35,479 bases of DNA from Defluviitaleaceae bacterium (lineage in GTDB: Bacteria > Bacillota > Clostridia > Lachnospirales > WRAX01): positions 1 through 35,479 of the forward strand of contig WQSI01000002.1 in the NCBI GenBank assembly GCA_009787945.1, read 5' to 3'. Shown one piece after another: positions 1 to 7,386 of the stretch (position 1 is its first letter; each line of letters opens with the position of its first letter). The notes under the pieces were generated by a model. The model worked only from the letters and a program-made list of their open reading frames with translations, was not told the origin of the DNA and did not search any database. The translations under genes and the position numbers were made by a program.

Positions 1-104
1 ATTTTCTTAATCTGTTGTTTTTAGGAGTTGTGGCGTTGGTCACGCTTTTGGAGTACATAGACGGAAAGAAGAAAAACAAACGCCGCCCTCCCAAGCAGGA
101 TTAG
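1..104 (+). CDS. Small hydrophobic peptide, copy 1 (5'-truncated by window edge), candidate type I toxin
   Basis: Reading frame from position 3 gives ..FLNLLFLGVVALVTLLEYIDGKKKNKRRPPKQD with stop TAG at 102..104. It is a paralog of the 342..458 ORF; of 15 differing codons, 8 are synonymous. Confidence 0.45.
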   Translation, partial: FLNLLFLGVVALVTLLEYIDGKKKNKRRPPKQD

Positions 105-115
105 CGGCGTTTGTT
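75..115. terminator. Hairpin spanning the stop codon of peptide ORF copy 1; intrinsic terminator for the antisense RNA
   Basis: AACAAACGCCGC (75..86) pairs with GCGGCGTTTGTT (104..115), a 12-bp stem. On the minus strand it is followed by TTTTCTTCTTTCC. The plus-strand U-tract is displaced and weak. Confidence 0.5.
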
Positions 116-163
116 ATTAAGATTTTTTAATCAATGAACGCAAAGCCTGTTGACTTGTGCGAT

Positions 164-200
164 AGAGGGGATGTTGACGCATCCTCTCTTTTTGTTGCTT
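164..200 (+). terminator. Rho-independent terminator for the plus-strand peptide mRNA (copy 1); also the 5' stem-loop of antisense RNA 1
   Basis: AGAGGGGATG (164..173) pairs with CATCCTCTCT (180..189): 10 bp with one G-U and a 6-nt loop. It is followed by TTTTTGTTGCTTTT. Confidence 0.55.
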
Positions 201-213
201 TTGGTATAATAAA

Positions 214-242
214 ATTATAGCATGTGTGGGGCAGATTGTCAA
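214..242 (-). promoter_or_regulatory. Sigma-A consensus promoter driving antisense RNA 1
   Basis: The minus strand reads TTGACA (242..237), a 17-nt spacer, then TATAAT (219..214), an exact consensus. Confidence 0.6.
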
Positions 243-259
243 TAGAATATTTAAATTTC

Positions 260-291
260 TTGACTTTTGGGGATTTTGTGTAAAATATAAT
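260..291 (+). promoter_or_regulatory. Putative, sub-optimal promoter for peptide ORF copy 2
   Basis: TTGACT lies at 260..265. Candidate -10 boxes are TAAAAT (281..286, 15-nt spacer), AAATAT (283..288, 17 nt) and TATAAT (286..291, 20 nt). None has ideal geometry. Confidence 0.3.
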
Positions 292-341
292 AACGCACTT
301 GGAGGCAGGCTTTGACACCCTCATAGAAAGGGGGTTAGCCT

Positions 342-458
342 ATGTGGATTTGTGATTTTCTTAATCTAATATTTCTTGGCGTTGTGGCGTTTGTCACACT
401 CGCTGATTACATAGATGATAAGAAGAAAAACAAACGCCGCCCTCCTGACAGAGACTAG
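342..458 (+). CDS. 38-aa hydrophobic peptide with a Lys/Arg-rich tail, candidate type I toxin (copy 2)
   Basis: ATG at 342 is preceded by the GGGGG Shine-Dalgarno (SD) sequence (330..335 region, 7-nt spacing). The product is MWICDFLNLIFLGVVAFVTLADYIDDKKKNKRRPPDRD: one predicted TM segment plus a charged tail. The divergence pattern from copy 1 fits coding constraint. Confidence 0.5.
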   Translation: MWICDFLNLIFLGVVAFVTLADYIDDKKKNKRRPPDRD

Positions 459-548
459 CAACGCGTTTGTTTGAAATTTTAAACTAATAGTTGCAAAGCC
501 TGTCGACTTGTGCGTAGGAAGGTCTGTTCCTGCAGACCTTCTTTTGTT
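418..548 (-). ncRNA. Predicted antisense sRNA 2 (about 130 nt), candidate type I antitoxin
   Basis: It runs from the consensus promoter 555..583 (TSS near 548) to the hairpin 428..472 plus U-tract. It overlaps the last 13 or so codons and the 3' UTR of the 342..458 ORF. Confidence 0.45.
428..472. terminator. Hairpin spanning the stop codon of peptide ORF copy 2; terminator for antisense RNA 2
   Basis: AAACAAACGC (428..437) pairs with GCGTTTGTTT (463..472). On the minus strand it is followed by TTTTCTTCTTATC. The loop is long (25 nt). Confidence 0.4.
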
Positions 549-552
549 ATTT
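516..552 (+). terminator. Rho-independent terminator for the peptide mRNA (copy 2); also the 5' stem-loop of antisense RNA 2
   Basis: GAAGGTCTG (518..526) pairs with CAGACCTTC (533..541), with a 6-nt loop, followed by TTTTGTTATTT. The stem sequence is unrelated to copy 1 but pairing is kept. Confidence 0.55.
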
Positions 553-554
553 CT

Positions 555-583
555 ATTATACCAAACAAACACCCCAATGTCAA
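555..583 (-). promoter_or_regulatory. Sigma-A consensus promoter driving antisense RNA 2
   Basis: The minus strand reads TTGACA (583..578), a 17-nt spacer, then TATAAT (560..555). Confidence 0.6.
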
Positions 584-598
584 CAGAAAATTATCACC

Positions 599-627
599 TT
601 GACGAATTTGCTTGTTGGGGATATAAT
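599..627 (+). promoter_or_regulatory. Promoter of pdp
   Basis: TTGACG (599..604), a 17-nt spacer, then TATAAT (622..627). It sits back-to-back with the antisense RNA 2 promoter. Confidence 0.55.
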
Positions 628-658
628 TATAGTGACTAAAACAATTTGGAGAGTATTT

Positions 659-1897
659 ATGAGCATATTTGAGATTATACAGGCTAAAAAAGAAGGCGAG
701 GCTCTTAGCCCCCAGCAGATTGATTTTGTTGTGGCGGGGTTTTCTGACGGCAGGGTAAGCGAGGGGCAGATGGGGGCTTTGCTGATGGCCATTTGCCTAA
801 AGGGCTTCACCAGGGAGGAAACCACAGCCCTTACCCTTGCCATGGCAAATTCGGGGGATGTTCTTGATTTTGAGGGCTTTGGCGGGGTTGTTGCAGACAA
901 GCACTCGACAGGAGGGGTTGGGGATAAGCTAACCCTTACCATCGCCCCAATGTGCGCTAGTTTGGGGGTTTCTATGGCTAAAATGTCTGGACGTTCCCTT
1001 GGGCACACTGGAGGAACTATTGACAAGCTTGAGGCAATACCTGGCTTTAAGGTGGACTTGCCAAATGAGGAATTAATGAGGATTTTGAGCCGCGTTGGCG
1101 TGTTTATCGCGAGCCAAACCGCAAACCTTGCCCCTGCTGATAAAACCATCTATGCCCTACGGGATAAAACCGCCACTGTAGACAGCCCCGCCCTTATCGC
1201 CGCAAGTGTGATGAGCAAGAAAATTGCGGCAGGGGCGCAGAATATCGTCCTTGATGTAAAGGTGGGCAGTGGGGCGTTTATGAAAACTTTAGAAGACGCC
1301 AGGCATCTTGCCCAAATTATGGTAGACATTGGCAAAGACTGCGGCAGGGGCATGGCGGCGGTGCTGACCGCTATGGATGCCCCCCTTGGCAGGGCTGTTG
1401 GCACTGGGCTTGAGGTGATGGAGGCTATTGATGTGTTGCAAGGGAAAGGTCCTGCTGACATACGGGATTTAAGCGTGGAGCTTACTGCTCAAATCTACTC
1501 CTTGTCTAAAGGGGTTGATATGGAAATTTCCCGAGAAATATCTAAAACTTGTCTTGAAAATGGCACAGCCTTTGCCAAATTTAAAGAGATGGTTGAAGCC
1601 CAAGGGGGCAACCTTGATGGGGTCGCCCAGGGCATTTCAGCAGATAAGCTGGATGTTTTTGCGTCAAGCACTGGATTTATAACTTCTATAGATGGCGAAA
1701 CAATTGGCAAGGTAGCCAATCAAAGCGGTGGTATGACCCTTTATAAGAGCGTTGGCAGTCAAGTGGCAGTTGGCGATAAGGTAGCAAGCATCTATGGAAC
1801 AGCTGATGAGCAGATGGCAAAAAGAGCCGAAGAAGCCTTCACCTACGGAGGCGAGAAGCCCGAAATTCCGCCACTTGTTTACGAGGTAATAAAGTAG
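659..1897 (+). CDS. pdp: Pyrimidine-nucleoside (thymidine) phosphorylase
   Basis: The ORF-track product carries KHSTGGVGDK and GRSLGHTGGTIDKLE motifs plus the C-terminal PYNP domain. I chose the ATG at 659 (MSIFEIIQAKK) because a GGAGAG SD lies upstream and the 599 start sits inside the promoter. Confidence 0.93.
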   Translation: MSIFEIIQAKKEGEALSPQQIDFVVAGFSDGRVSEGQMGALLMAICLKGFTREETTALTLAMANSGDVLDFEGFGGVVADKHSTGGVGDKLTLTIAPMCASLGVSMAKMSGRSLGHTGGTIDKLEAIPGFKVDLPNEELMRILSRVGVFIASQTANLAPADKTIYALRDKTATVDSPALIAASVMSKKIAAGAQNIVLDVKVGSGAFMKTLEDARHLAQIMVDIGKDCGRGMAAVLTAMDAPLGRAVGTGLEVMEAIDVLQGKGPADIRDLSVELTAQIYSLSKGVDMEISREISKTCLENGTAFAKFKEMVEAQGGNLDGVAQGISADKLDVFASSTGFITSIDGETIGKVANQSGGMTLYKSVGSQVAVGDKVASIYGTADEQMAKRAEEAFTYGGEKPEIPPLVYEVIK

Positions 1898-1945
1898 AGC
1901 AGAAATCAAGAATAGAAAATGATACCTAACGAAAATGGTGCAATT

Positions 1946-3691
1946 ATGAAAAAATGGATATTGAAAAACCATGATGCCGACACGGCTTTAATGGCAAAGA
2001 CCTTGAAAATCACCCCAGGTCTTGCAAACCTTTTGGCAACAAGGGGTGTTAAGACCAGAAACACCGCAATCAAATATCTTAACCCCCTTCTTGACTATCT
2101 CCACCCAATGGGCGATATGGCTGGGGTTAGTGATGGCGTTAATATCATTAACCAAGCCATAACAAACGGTGATAAAATCTGCATATATGGCGATTATGAC
2201 GTGGATGGTGTGTCCTCCACTGTTATTTTAATGAAAGGGCTAACTGCCCTTGGGGCAAATGTTGACTACTACATACCCCACCGTGAGCGTGAGGGCTATG
2301 GGCTTAACATCCCCGCCGTGGAAGCTTTGGCGCAGGATTTTAAAGTCCTTATAGCCGTGGATAATGGCATAGCCAGCATTGCAGAGGTCGCCCAAGCTGT
2401 GGAACTTGGCTTAACAGTAATTATAATCGACCATCACAACCCGCAATTTGATGACGCGGGCTATGAGGTTCTGCCTGCCGCTCATGCCATCATCAACCCC
2501 AAGCAATCCGCCTGCCCATATCCCTTTAAGGAGATGAGTGCCGCAGGGCTTTGTTACAAACTAGCCCTGCATCTAGGAGTTGCCACGGAAGAAATGCTGA
2601 TTTTCGCCGCTATGGCAGCTTTTTGTGATGTGGTTGACCTGATTTCAGAAAACCGCATCATAGCTAAAAACGGCTTGCGCCTGCTAACAAAAAATGGCAC
2701 AACAAATTTAGGGCTTGACACCCTTGTCAAAAGGCGAAATTTGGAGTATAATGATATTGATGATTTTGCAATGGGCTTTATTCTAGGGCCTTGCATTAAC
2801 GCAAGCGGCCGCCTTGATAGTGCCGCCCTTGCTGTCGAATTATTTTTGACAGATGACAAGGACAAAGCCGCAGAGCTTGCCCAAAGGCTTATAGACCTAA
2901 ACGAAGAGCGCAAAGAGATGACAGGACGTTTTGTTGATGAGATTATTGAAAGCCTGCAAGAGCCTTTGGATGACATTTTGGTTATCTACCACGAAGGCAT
3001 CCATGAAAGCATAGCAGGCATTGTAGCAGGGCGGGTGAAGGAAGCTACCCACCATCCCGCCATTGTTTTCACAAAAGCAGGGGAGGTTGCCAAAGGCTCT
3101 GCCCGTTCTATTGAGTTTTATAATGTTTTTGAGGCGATGTCTGCCAATAAAGATTTGTTTCTGCGGTTTGGAGGGCATCCCATGGCGGCAGGGGCAACCA
3201 TGGAAATTGGCAAGGTTGATGAGCTTCGCAAGCGGCTTAACGCCCAAAGCCGCCTTACAGCAGAGGATTTCACACCTATTTTGTATGGGGATATGGAGCT
3301 AACCTTAGAAGAAGCCACCTTCGACCTTGCCCAGAGCCTAGATTTGCTGACCCCTTTCGGCAAAGCCAACAAAGAACCTGTGTTTTTTAGTTATGCAGTG
3401 GTAACAGAACGCGCCGAAGTTATCGGCAAAAGCGGAGAAACCTTGCGCTTTACCTTTAGAAGCGACACGGGGCGAAAAATCACCGCAATTGCCTTTAAAG
3501 GCGTTAGTAAATTTGCAGAGCATTTGGAAAATAACTATAGAGAAGATGTGGCGAAAGCCTTTACCGCAGGACGGTTGAAAAACATGACCATCAAATTGGA
3601 CATTGCCTATAACCTGCGGATAAACACATGGCAGGGCAACAGCAGCCTGCAGCTTGTTATTTTGGATTTTAAACACCCAAACCTAGTATGA
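1946..3691 (+). CDS. recJ: Single-stranded-DNA-specific exonuclease RecJ
   Basis: DHH family motifs are present: DYDVDGV, IIIDHH and the DHHA1 motif GGHPMAAG. The start is either 1946 (MKKWILKN) or 1919; both have a weak SD. Confidence 0.9.
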   Translation: MKKWILKNHDADTALMAKTLKITPGLANLLATRGVKTRNTAIKYLNPLLDYLHPMGDMAGVSDGVNIINQAITNGDKICIYGDYDVDGVSSTVILMKGLTALGANVDYYIPHREREGYGLNIPAVEALAQDFKVLIAVDNGIASIAEVAQAVELGLTVIIIDHHNPQFDDAGYEVLPAAHAIINPKQSACPYPFKEMSAAGLCYKLALHLGVATEEMLIFAAMAAFCDVVDLISENRIIAKNGLRLLTKNGTTNLGLDTLVKRRNLEYNDIDDFAMGFILGPCINASGRLDSAALAVELFLTDDKDKAAELAQRLIDLNEERKEMTGRFVDEIIESLQEPLDDILVIYHEGIHESIAGIVAGRVKEATHHPAIVFTKAGEVAKGSARSIEFYNVFEAMSANKDLFLRFGGHPMAAGATMEIGKVDELRKRLNAQSRLTAEDFTPILYGDMELTLEEATFDLAQSLDLLTPFGKANKEPVFFSYAVVTERAEVIGKSGETLRFTFRSDTGRKITAIAFKGVSKFAEHLENNYREDVAKAFTAGRLKNMTIKLDIAYNLRINTWQGNSSLQLVILDFKHPNLV

Positions 3692-3706
3692 TATTACTAT
3701 GACTGC

Positions 3707-3799
3707 GTAGGGGCGCATATTATGCGCCCGCTATCGGACAAACGTGCCATTCATAAAAATACGTTTATCGAGCAATGGGCGCATAATATGCGCCCCTAC
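3707..3799. repeat. Palindromic intergenic repeat (REP/MITE-like), full two-arm copy
   Basis: GTAGGGGCGCATATTATGCGCCC (3707..3729) is the exact reverse complement of 3777..3799. Each arm is itself a hairpin. The centre carries TCGGACAAACG and a further AAACGT/ACGTTT inverted repeat. A second copy lies at 22123..22203. Confidence 0.85.
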
Positions 3800-3824
3800 A
3801 GTATCAACGCAAAAGGAGGACAAT

Positions 3825-5246
3825 ATGAAAAAACCATCTCTACTAACCCTAGTAGCTTTGTTCTGCCTATTCCTCACTGCCTGCAATGGCGAAGAATACA
3901 CAAACCAAGAGGACTACACCTACGAAGAAACCGAATATCCCGAAACCCTAACCCTAGAAATCGCCCTCGATTATGGGCTAAACTTCCCAAGCCGCCGCTA
4001 TTTTGAATACAGCAACTGGGCAGAAGCCCCAAACATTGCCATTTGGGCAAACCAACCCCTTTCCCATCTTGCTGTTTTTAATATGGTGAACCACTGGGAT
4101 GAAGAGCAGGAGCGCATCACATGGACCCCAATGGATAGGCGGGGAGAAACCCCTCTTTTGCCCGCAGGGGATGGCTTTATCATCCAAAACTATATAGGGG
4201 CAGGCACATTGCCCATAAGCGGCATTACCTTCACCGACCTAAATGGGTACACTCGATACTTTGCCATGCAAGAAAGCATGGCATACCCAGATGGAAGTGA
4301 CCAGCGTTTCCACCTTTGGGAGATAACAGAGGACATTGTGCCTTATGAGCCTTTGCAAGTGTTTGTAGCCCCCAGATGGCGGAGCTTCCCTAGTAGATTT
4401 ACAAACGATAATACAATAGGCATGATGACCCCAATGGGTATGTGGGGAGAAACCAGCTTTGAACTCTACGCCAACCAGCCTTTTTATAATTTTGAATTTT
4501 TAAGGCTTGAGGGGGATGTTATTGTTCACTCTATGCCTATTGCCACTGATTTGCAAGAGGTGAGGGTAGGTACGGTTATACGGCTTTATGCTGATTTTGA
4601 CCTTCACACCTACGGCATCAGCCTACAAGACAAATGGGGTGCAAGGCGTTACTTTGTTTTATCATACGAGCCAAGTATCTCTGAAATCAGCGTTTCTGCT
4701 GACCATTCCCTGCGGTTAACCATCTTTCAAACTCAGGAAGGTCATTGGGCTTTTTCTGCTAACCAGCCCATTACACATGAAGGGGTAACAGGGGAAATTG
4801 TACCAATCACCCGCCCAGAAGGGGGTTGGGTCGCTAACTGGGATATTGATTGGGAGCCAAGCATCTATGTTATAACAGACCAGAGGGGTGATGAGCGACA
4901 TTTTACTGTTGTTGAAAACCCCATAAACTCTGAGGTTTTCACCTGGGAAACCCCGCCACGCCCAGACCACATCTTTCACCTTCAAGTAACGGATGATGGG
5001 GAAGTTTTCGCAAACCAACCAATGATGGACTTTAGGCAAATGCGCTCTGCCAATTCTGTTTTGAGAATAGAAGAGCCAAGGGATATAGAGCCAGGGGAAC
5101 TTGTTGCCTTGCAACTTGCCTACCCTCCAGGAAATTCCTACATTTGGTTTATAGACCAAAGGGGGCGGGAACGCAGTTTTATTGTTGCCGAATGGGAAAC
5201 GGAATTCTACCCCTTTAATGGATTTTCAATTTTTGAAACCCCTTAG
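3825..5246 (+). CDS. Lipoprotein of unknown function with four internal repeats
   Basis: An AGGAGG SD precedes the ATG at 3825. The signal peptide has lipobox LTAC (MKKPSLLTLVALFCLFLTAC). The motif pair ANQP ... D-x-x-G-x-x-R-x-F occurs four times. The ORF-track start at 3744 lies inside the repeat element. Confidence 0.8.
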   Translation: MKKPSLLTLVALFCLFLTACNGEEYTNQEDYTYEETEYPETLTLEIALDYGLNFPSRRYFEYSNWAEAPNIAIWANQPLSHLAVFNMVNHWDEEQERITWTPMDRRGETPLLPAGDGFIIQNYIGAGTLPISGITFTDLNGYTRYFAMQESMAYPDGSDQRFHLWEITEDIVPYEPLQVFVAPRWRSFPSRFTNDNTIGMMTPMGMWGETSFELYANQPFYNFEFLRLEGDVIVHSMPIATDLQEVRVGTVIRLYADFDLHTYGISLQDKWGARRYFVLSYEPSISEISVSADHSLRLTIFQTQEGHWAFSANQPITHEGVTGEIVPITRPEGGWVANWDIDWEPSIYVITDQRGDERHFTVVENPINSEVFTWETPPRPDHIFHLQVTDDGEVFANQPMMDFRQMRSANSVLRIEEPRDIEPGELVALQLAYPPGNSYIWFIDQRGRERSFIVAEWETEFYPFNGFSIFETP

Positions 5247-5270
5247 CACACAGATAAAGGAGATGACCAG

Positions 5271-5783
5271 ATGGACTTAAAATCAATAATCCGAACCTTC
5301 CCAGACTATCCCGCAAAGGGCATAATGTTTAGGGATATTACCACATTGCTAAAAGACCCGAAAGCCCTTGCCTACGCCATGGACAAAATGGAGGAAGCTC
5401 TAAAAGGGCTTGACTTTGACCTTATCGTCGCCCCTGAATCCCGCGGGTTTATCTTTGGCGTGCCTTTGGCGGTTAAGCTTGGCAAGGGCTTTGTGCCTGC
5501 CCGCAAAAAAGGCAAGTTGCCAGGGCATGTAACCTCTGGGGAATATGCCTTAGAATACGGCACAGACATTATCGAAATCCACACAGATGCTATTGAGAAG
5601 GGGCAGAAAATTGTCCTAATAGATGACTTGCTTGCCACGGGCGGCACGGCAAAATGCATTTGCGACATTGTGGCAGGTCTGGGGGGAGAGGTTGTCTGCA
5701 ATTTGTTTTTAATTGAGCTTGAAGGCTTAGGGGGAAGAGAAGCTTTGAAGGGTATGGATACAAAATCAATATTATCATATTAA
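5271..5783 (+). CDS. apt: Adenine phosphoribosyltransferase
   Basis: 170 aa with PRPP-binding loop VLIDDLLATGGT and a typical Apt N-terminus (FPDYPAKGIMFRDIT). An AAGGAG SD is present. Confidence 0.95.
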   Translation: MDLKSIIRTFPDYPAKGIMFRDITTLLKDPKALAYAMDKMEEALKGLDFDLIVAPESRGFIFGVPLAVKLGKGFVPARKKGKLPGHVTSGEYALEYGTDIIEIHTDAIEKGQKIVLIDDLLATGGTAKCICDIVAGLGGEVVCNLFLIELEGLGGREALKGMDTKSILSY

Positions 5784-5802
5784 AACCAAGGAGGAAATAA
5801 AA

Positions 5803-6939
5803 ATGGCACATAAATACATGTTCAACGGCATTGAAATTGATTTTGCAGGAGATTTAGGCATCATAGCCATGAGCAACTGCCGAGATTTTGGCAAAAAAAT
5901 AGATGATAACATCCGCCGTCTGCGCAAGGCGGCAGGGATGCTAACCCCAGACACATTTTTGATTGACATTGACGAAATCCGTTTTGCCAACGGCGAAGGC
6001 AAGGTGCTGATAAACGACAGCGTTCGCGGCAAGGACATTTTCATCATCAGTGACACAGGGAATTATAGCCAAACCTACAAGCTCTACGGCTACGACAACC
6101 GCATGAGCCCTGACGAGCATTATCAAGACATAAAGCGAGTCATATCTGCAATAGGCGGCAAGGCGGCAAGAGTTAATGTGGTTATGCCCATGCTTTACGC
6201 CAGCCGCCAAGATAAGCGGAAAGGCCGCGAATCCCTAGATTGCTCCATGATATTGCAAGAGCTTGAAAACATGGGCGTTAGGGATATTATAACCTTTGAT
6301 GCCCACAATGCCGCGGTGCAAAACGCCGTCAGCGTAATGAGCTTTGAAAATATCTACGCAACATATGAAATTGTTAAAAACTTTATAGCGGATGAACCTG
6401 ATGTTATGGCAGACAGGGATAATCTCCTTATCATCAGCCCTGACGTTGGAGGGATGGAAAGGGCAATTTACTACTCCACCGTTATGAGAACGGATGTTGG
6501 TATGTTCTACAAACGCAGAGATTACAGCCGTGTGGAGTCTGGCAGAAACCCCATTGTTCAGCATGAATATTTAGGTAAGGACGTAGAGGGCAAAAACGTC
6601 ATCATCATCGACGACATGATAGGCACAGGGGAAAGCATGGCAGAAATTGTTAGGGAGTTAAAGCGCAGAAACGCCAACAAGGTGTTTGTTGCTGCTACAT
6701 TTGGCATGTTCACCCGCGGCATTGGTGTTTTTGGGGAGCTTCACGACCAAGGGCTGCTAACCCGCCTTTACACCACAAACCTGACCCATGTGCCAGAAGA
6801 TGCCCCCGAAAAGCCCTGGTTTAACCATGTGGACATGTCACCTTTCGCCGCAGAGCTTATGAACAACATCAACATGAACAAGTCAATTGAGCCCGTTATC
6901 GACGCAACAACCCGTCTTAAAAACGCTATCGGCATATAG
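5803..6939 (+). CDS. Ribose-phosphate pyrophosphokinase family protein (long, 378 aa)
   Basis: It has the PRPP loop VIIIDDMIGTGES, FDAHN, and an N-terminal Prs-like fold. It is longer than canonical Prs (about 315 aa). A GGAGG SD is present. Confidence 0.8.
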   Translation: MAHKYMFNGIEIDFAGDLGIIAMSNCRDFGKKIDDNIRRLRKAAGMLTPDTFLIDIDEIRFANGEGKVLINDSVRGKDIFIISDTGNYSQTYKLYGYDNRMSPDEHYQDIKRVISAIGGKAARVNVVMPMLYASRQDKRKGRESLDCSMILQELENMGVRDIITFDAHNAAVQNAVSVMSFENIYATYEIVKNFIADEPDVMADRDNLLIISPDVGGMERAIYYSTVMRTDVGMFYKRRDYSRVESGRNPIVQHEYLGKDVEGKNVIIIDDMIGTGESMAEIVRELKRRNANKVFVAATFGMFTRGIGVFGELHDQGLLTRLYTTNLTHVPEDAPEKPWFNHVDMSPFAAELMNNINMNKSIEPVIDATTRLKNAIGI

Positions 6940-6978
6940 ATATATTTTCCACAAAACAACAATATAAGGAGAACTAAA

Positions 6979-7386
6979 ATGAAAAGATTAAAGCTCGTCG
7001 CAATATTATGCTTGGTTGCCGCCACCTTTGTCGGATGCGGACTATTACCAAGGGAAGATGAAGCAGAAGTTGGGTATTATAGAATTTTACAGAGCTTGAC
7101 TGGGGTTTGGACAACTGAGGACGGGGCGCTTTCCCTTTCAATTTATGAGGACGGAACATGGGAACACTCTTTCGGTGACATGAGTCTTTCTGGTAATGTG
7201 CAGGTTTCGGAACACAGCGAAGGTTTTGCTTTGGAGCTTGTTATTACGTACATAAGCGGACCAGGCGCACCATATTCCGATTGGCTTTCTGGCGATTTAT
7301 GGGGCAGAGGAACATATTCGTCTGCTTCAAGCCATATACACCTAGAACGCCACGACGGCTCAACACTGCGTAGGGGCGGGTATTAG
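6979..7386 (+). CDS. Small lipoprotein, unknown function
   Basis: AAGGAG SD. The signal peptide has lipobox VGCG (MKRLKLVAILCLVAATFVGC). The last 5 codons lie in repeat hairpin 7369..7394. Confidence 0.65.
   Translation: MKRLKLVAILCLVAATFVGCGLLPREDEAEVGYYRILQSLTGVWTTEDGALSLSIYEDGTWEHSFGDMSLSGNVQVSEHSEGFALELVITYISGPGAPYSDWLSGDLWGRGTYSSASSHIHLERHDGSTLRRGGY

Larger units (their letters stand above)
64..207 (-). ncRNA. Predicted antisense sRNA 1 (about 145 nt), candidate type I antitoxin overlapping the 3' end of peptide ORF copy 1
   Basis: It is bounded by the consensus minus-strand promoter 214..242 (TSS near 207) and the hairpin 75..115 plus U-tract. It has a 5' stem-loop at 164..189 and no ORF. 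Confidence 0.45.

Noticed and set aside
580-1149. 189-aa minus-strand ORF and other long antisense ORFs (for example 7512..8072, 27879..28358, 28180..28683, 31032..31673, 11096..11578).
   Set aside because: Each lies fully opposite a confidently identified gene and has no recognisable motifs or SD, so they are shadow ORFs.
3722-4006. ORF-track entries starting inside the repeat: the 94-aa ORF MRPLSDKR..., and the 3744 start of the 500-aa ORF.
   Set aside because: The Met codons come from the CATATTATG/CATAATATG cores of the palindromic element. The same pseudo-peptide appears wherever the repeat occurs. The real lipoprotein start, with SD and signal peptide, is at 3825.
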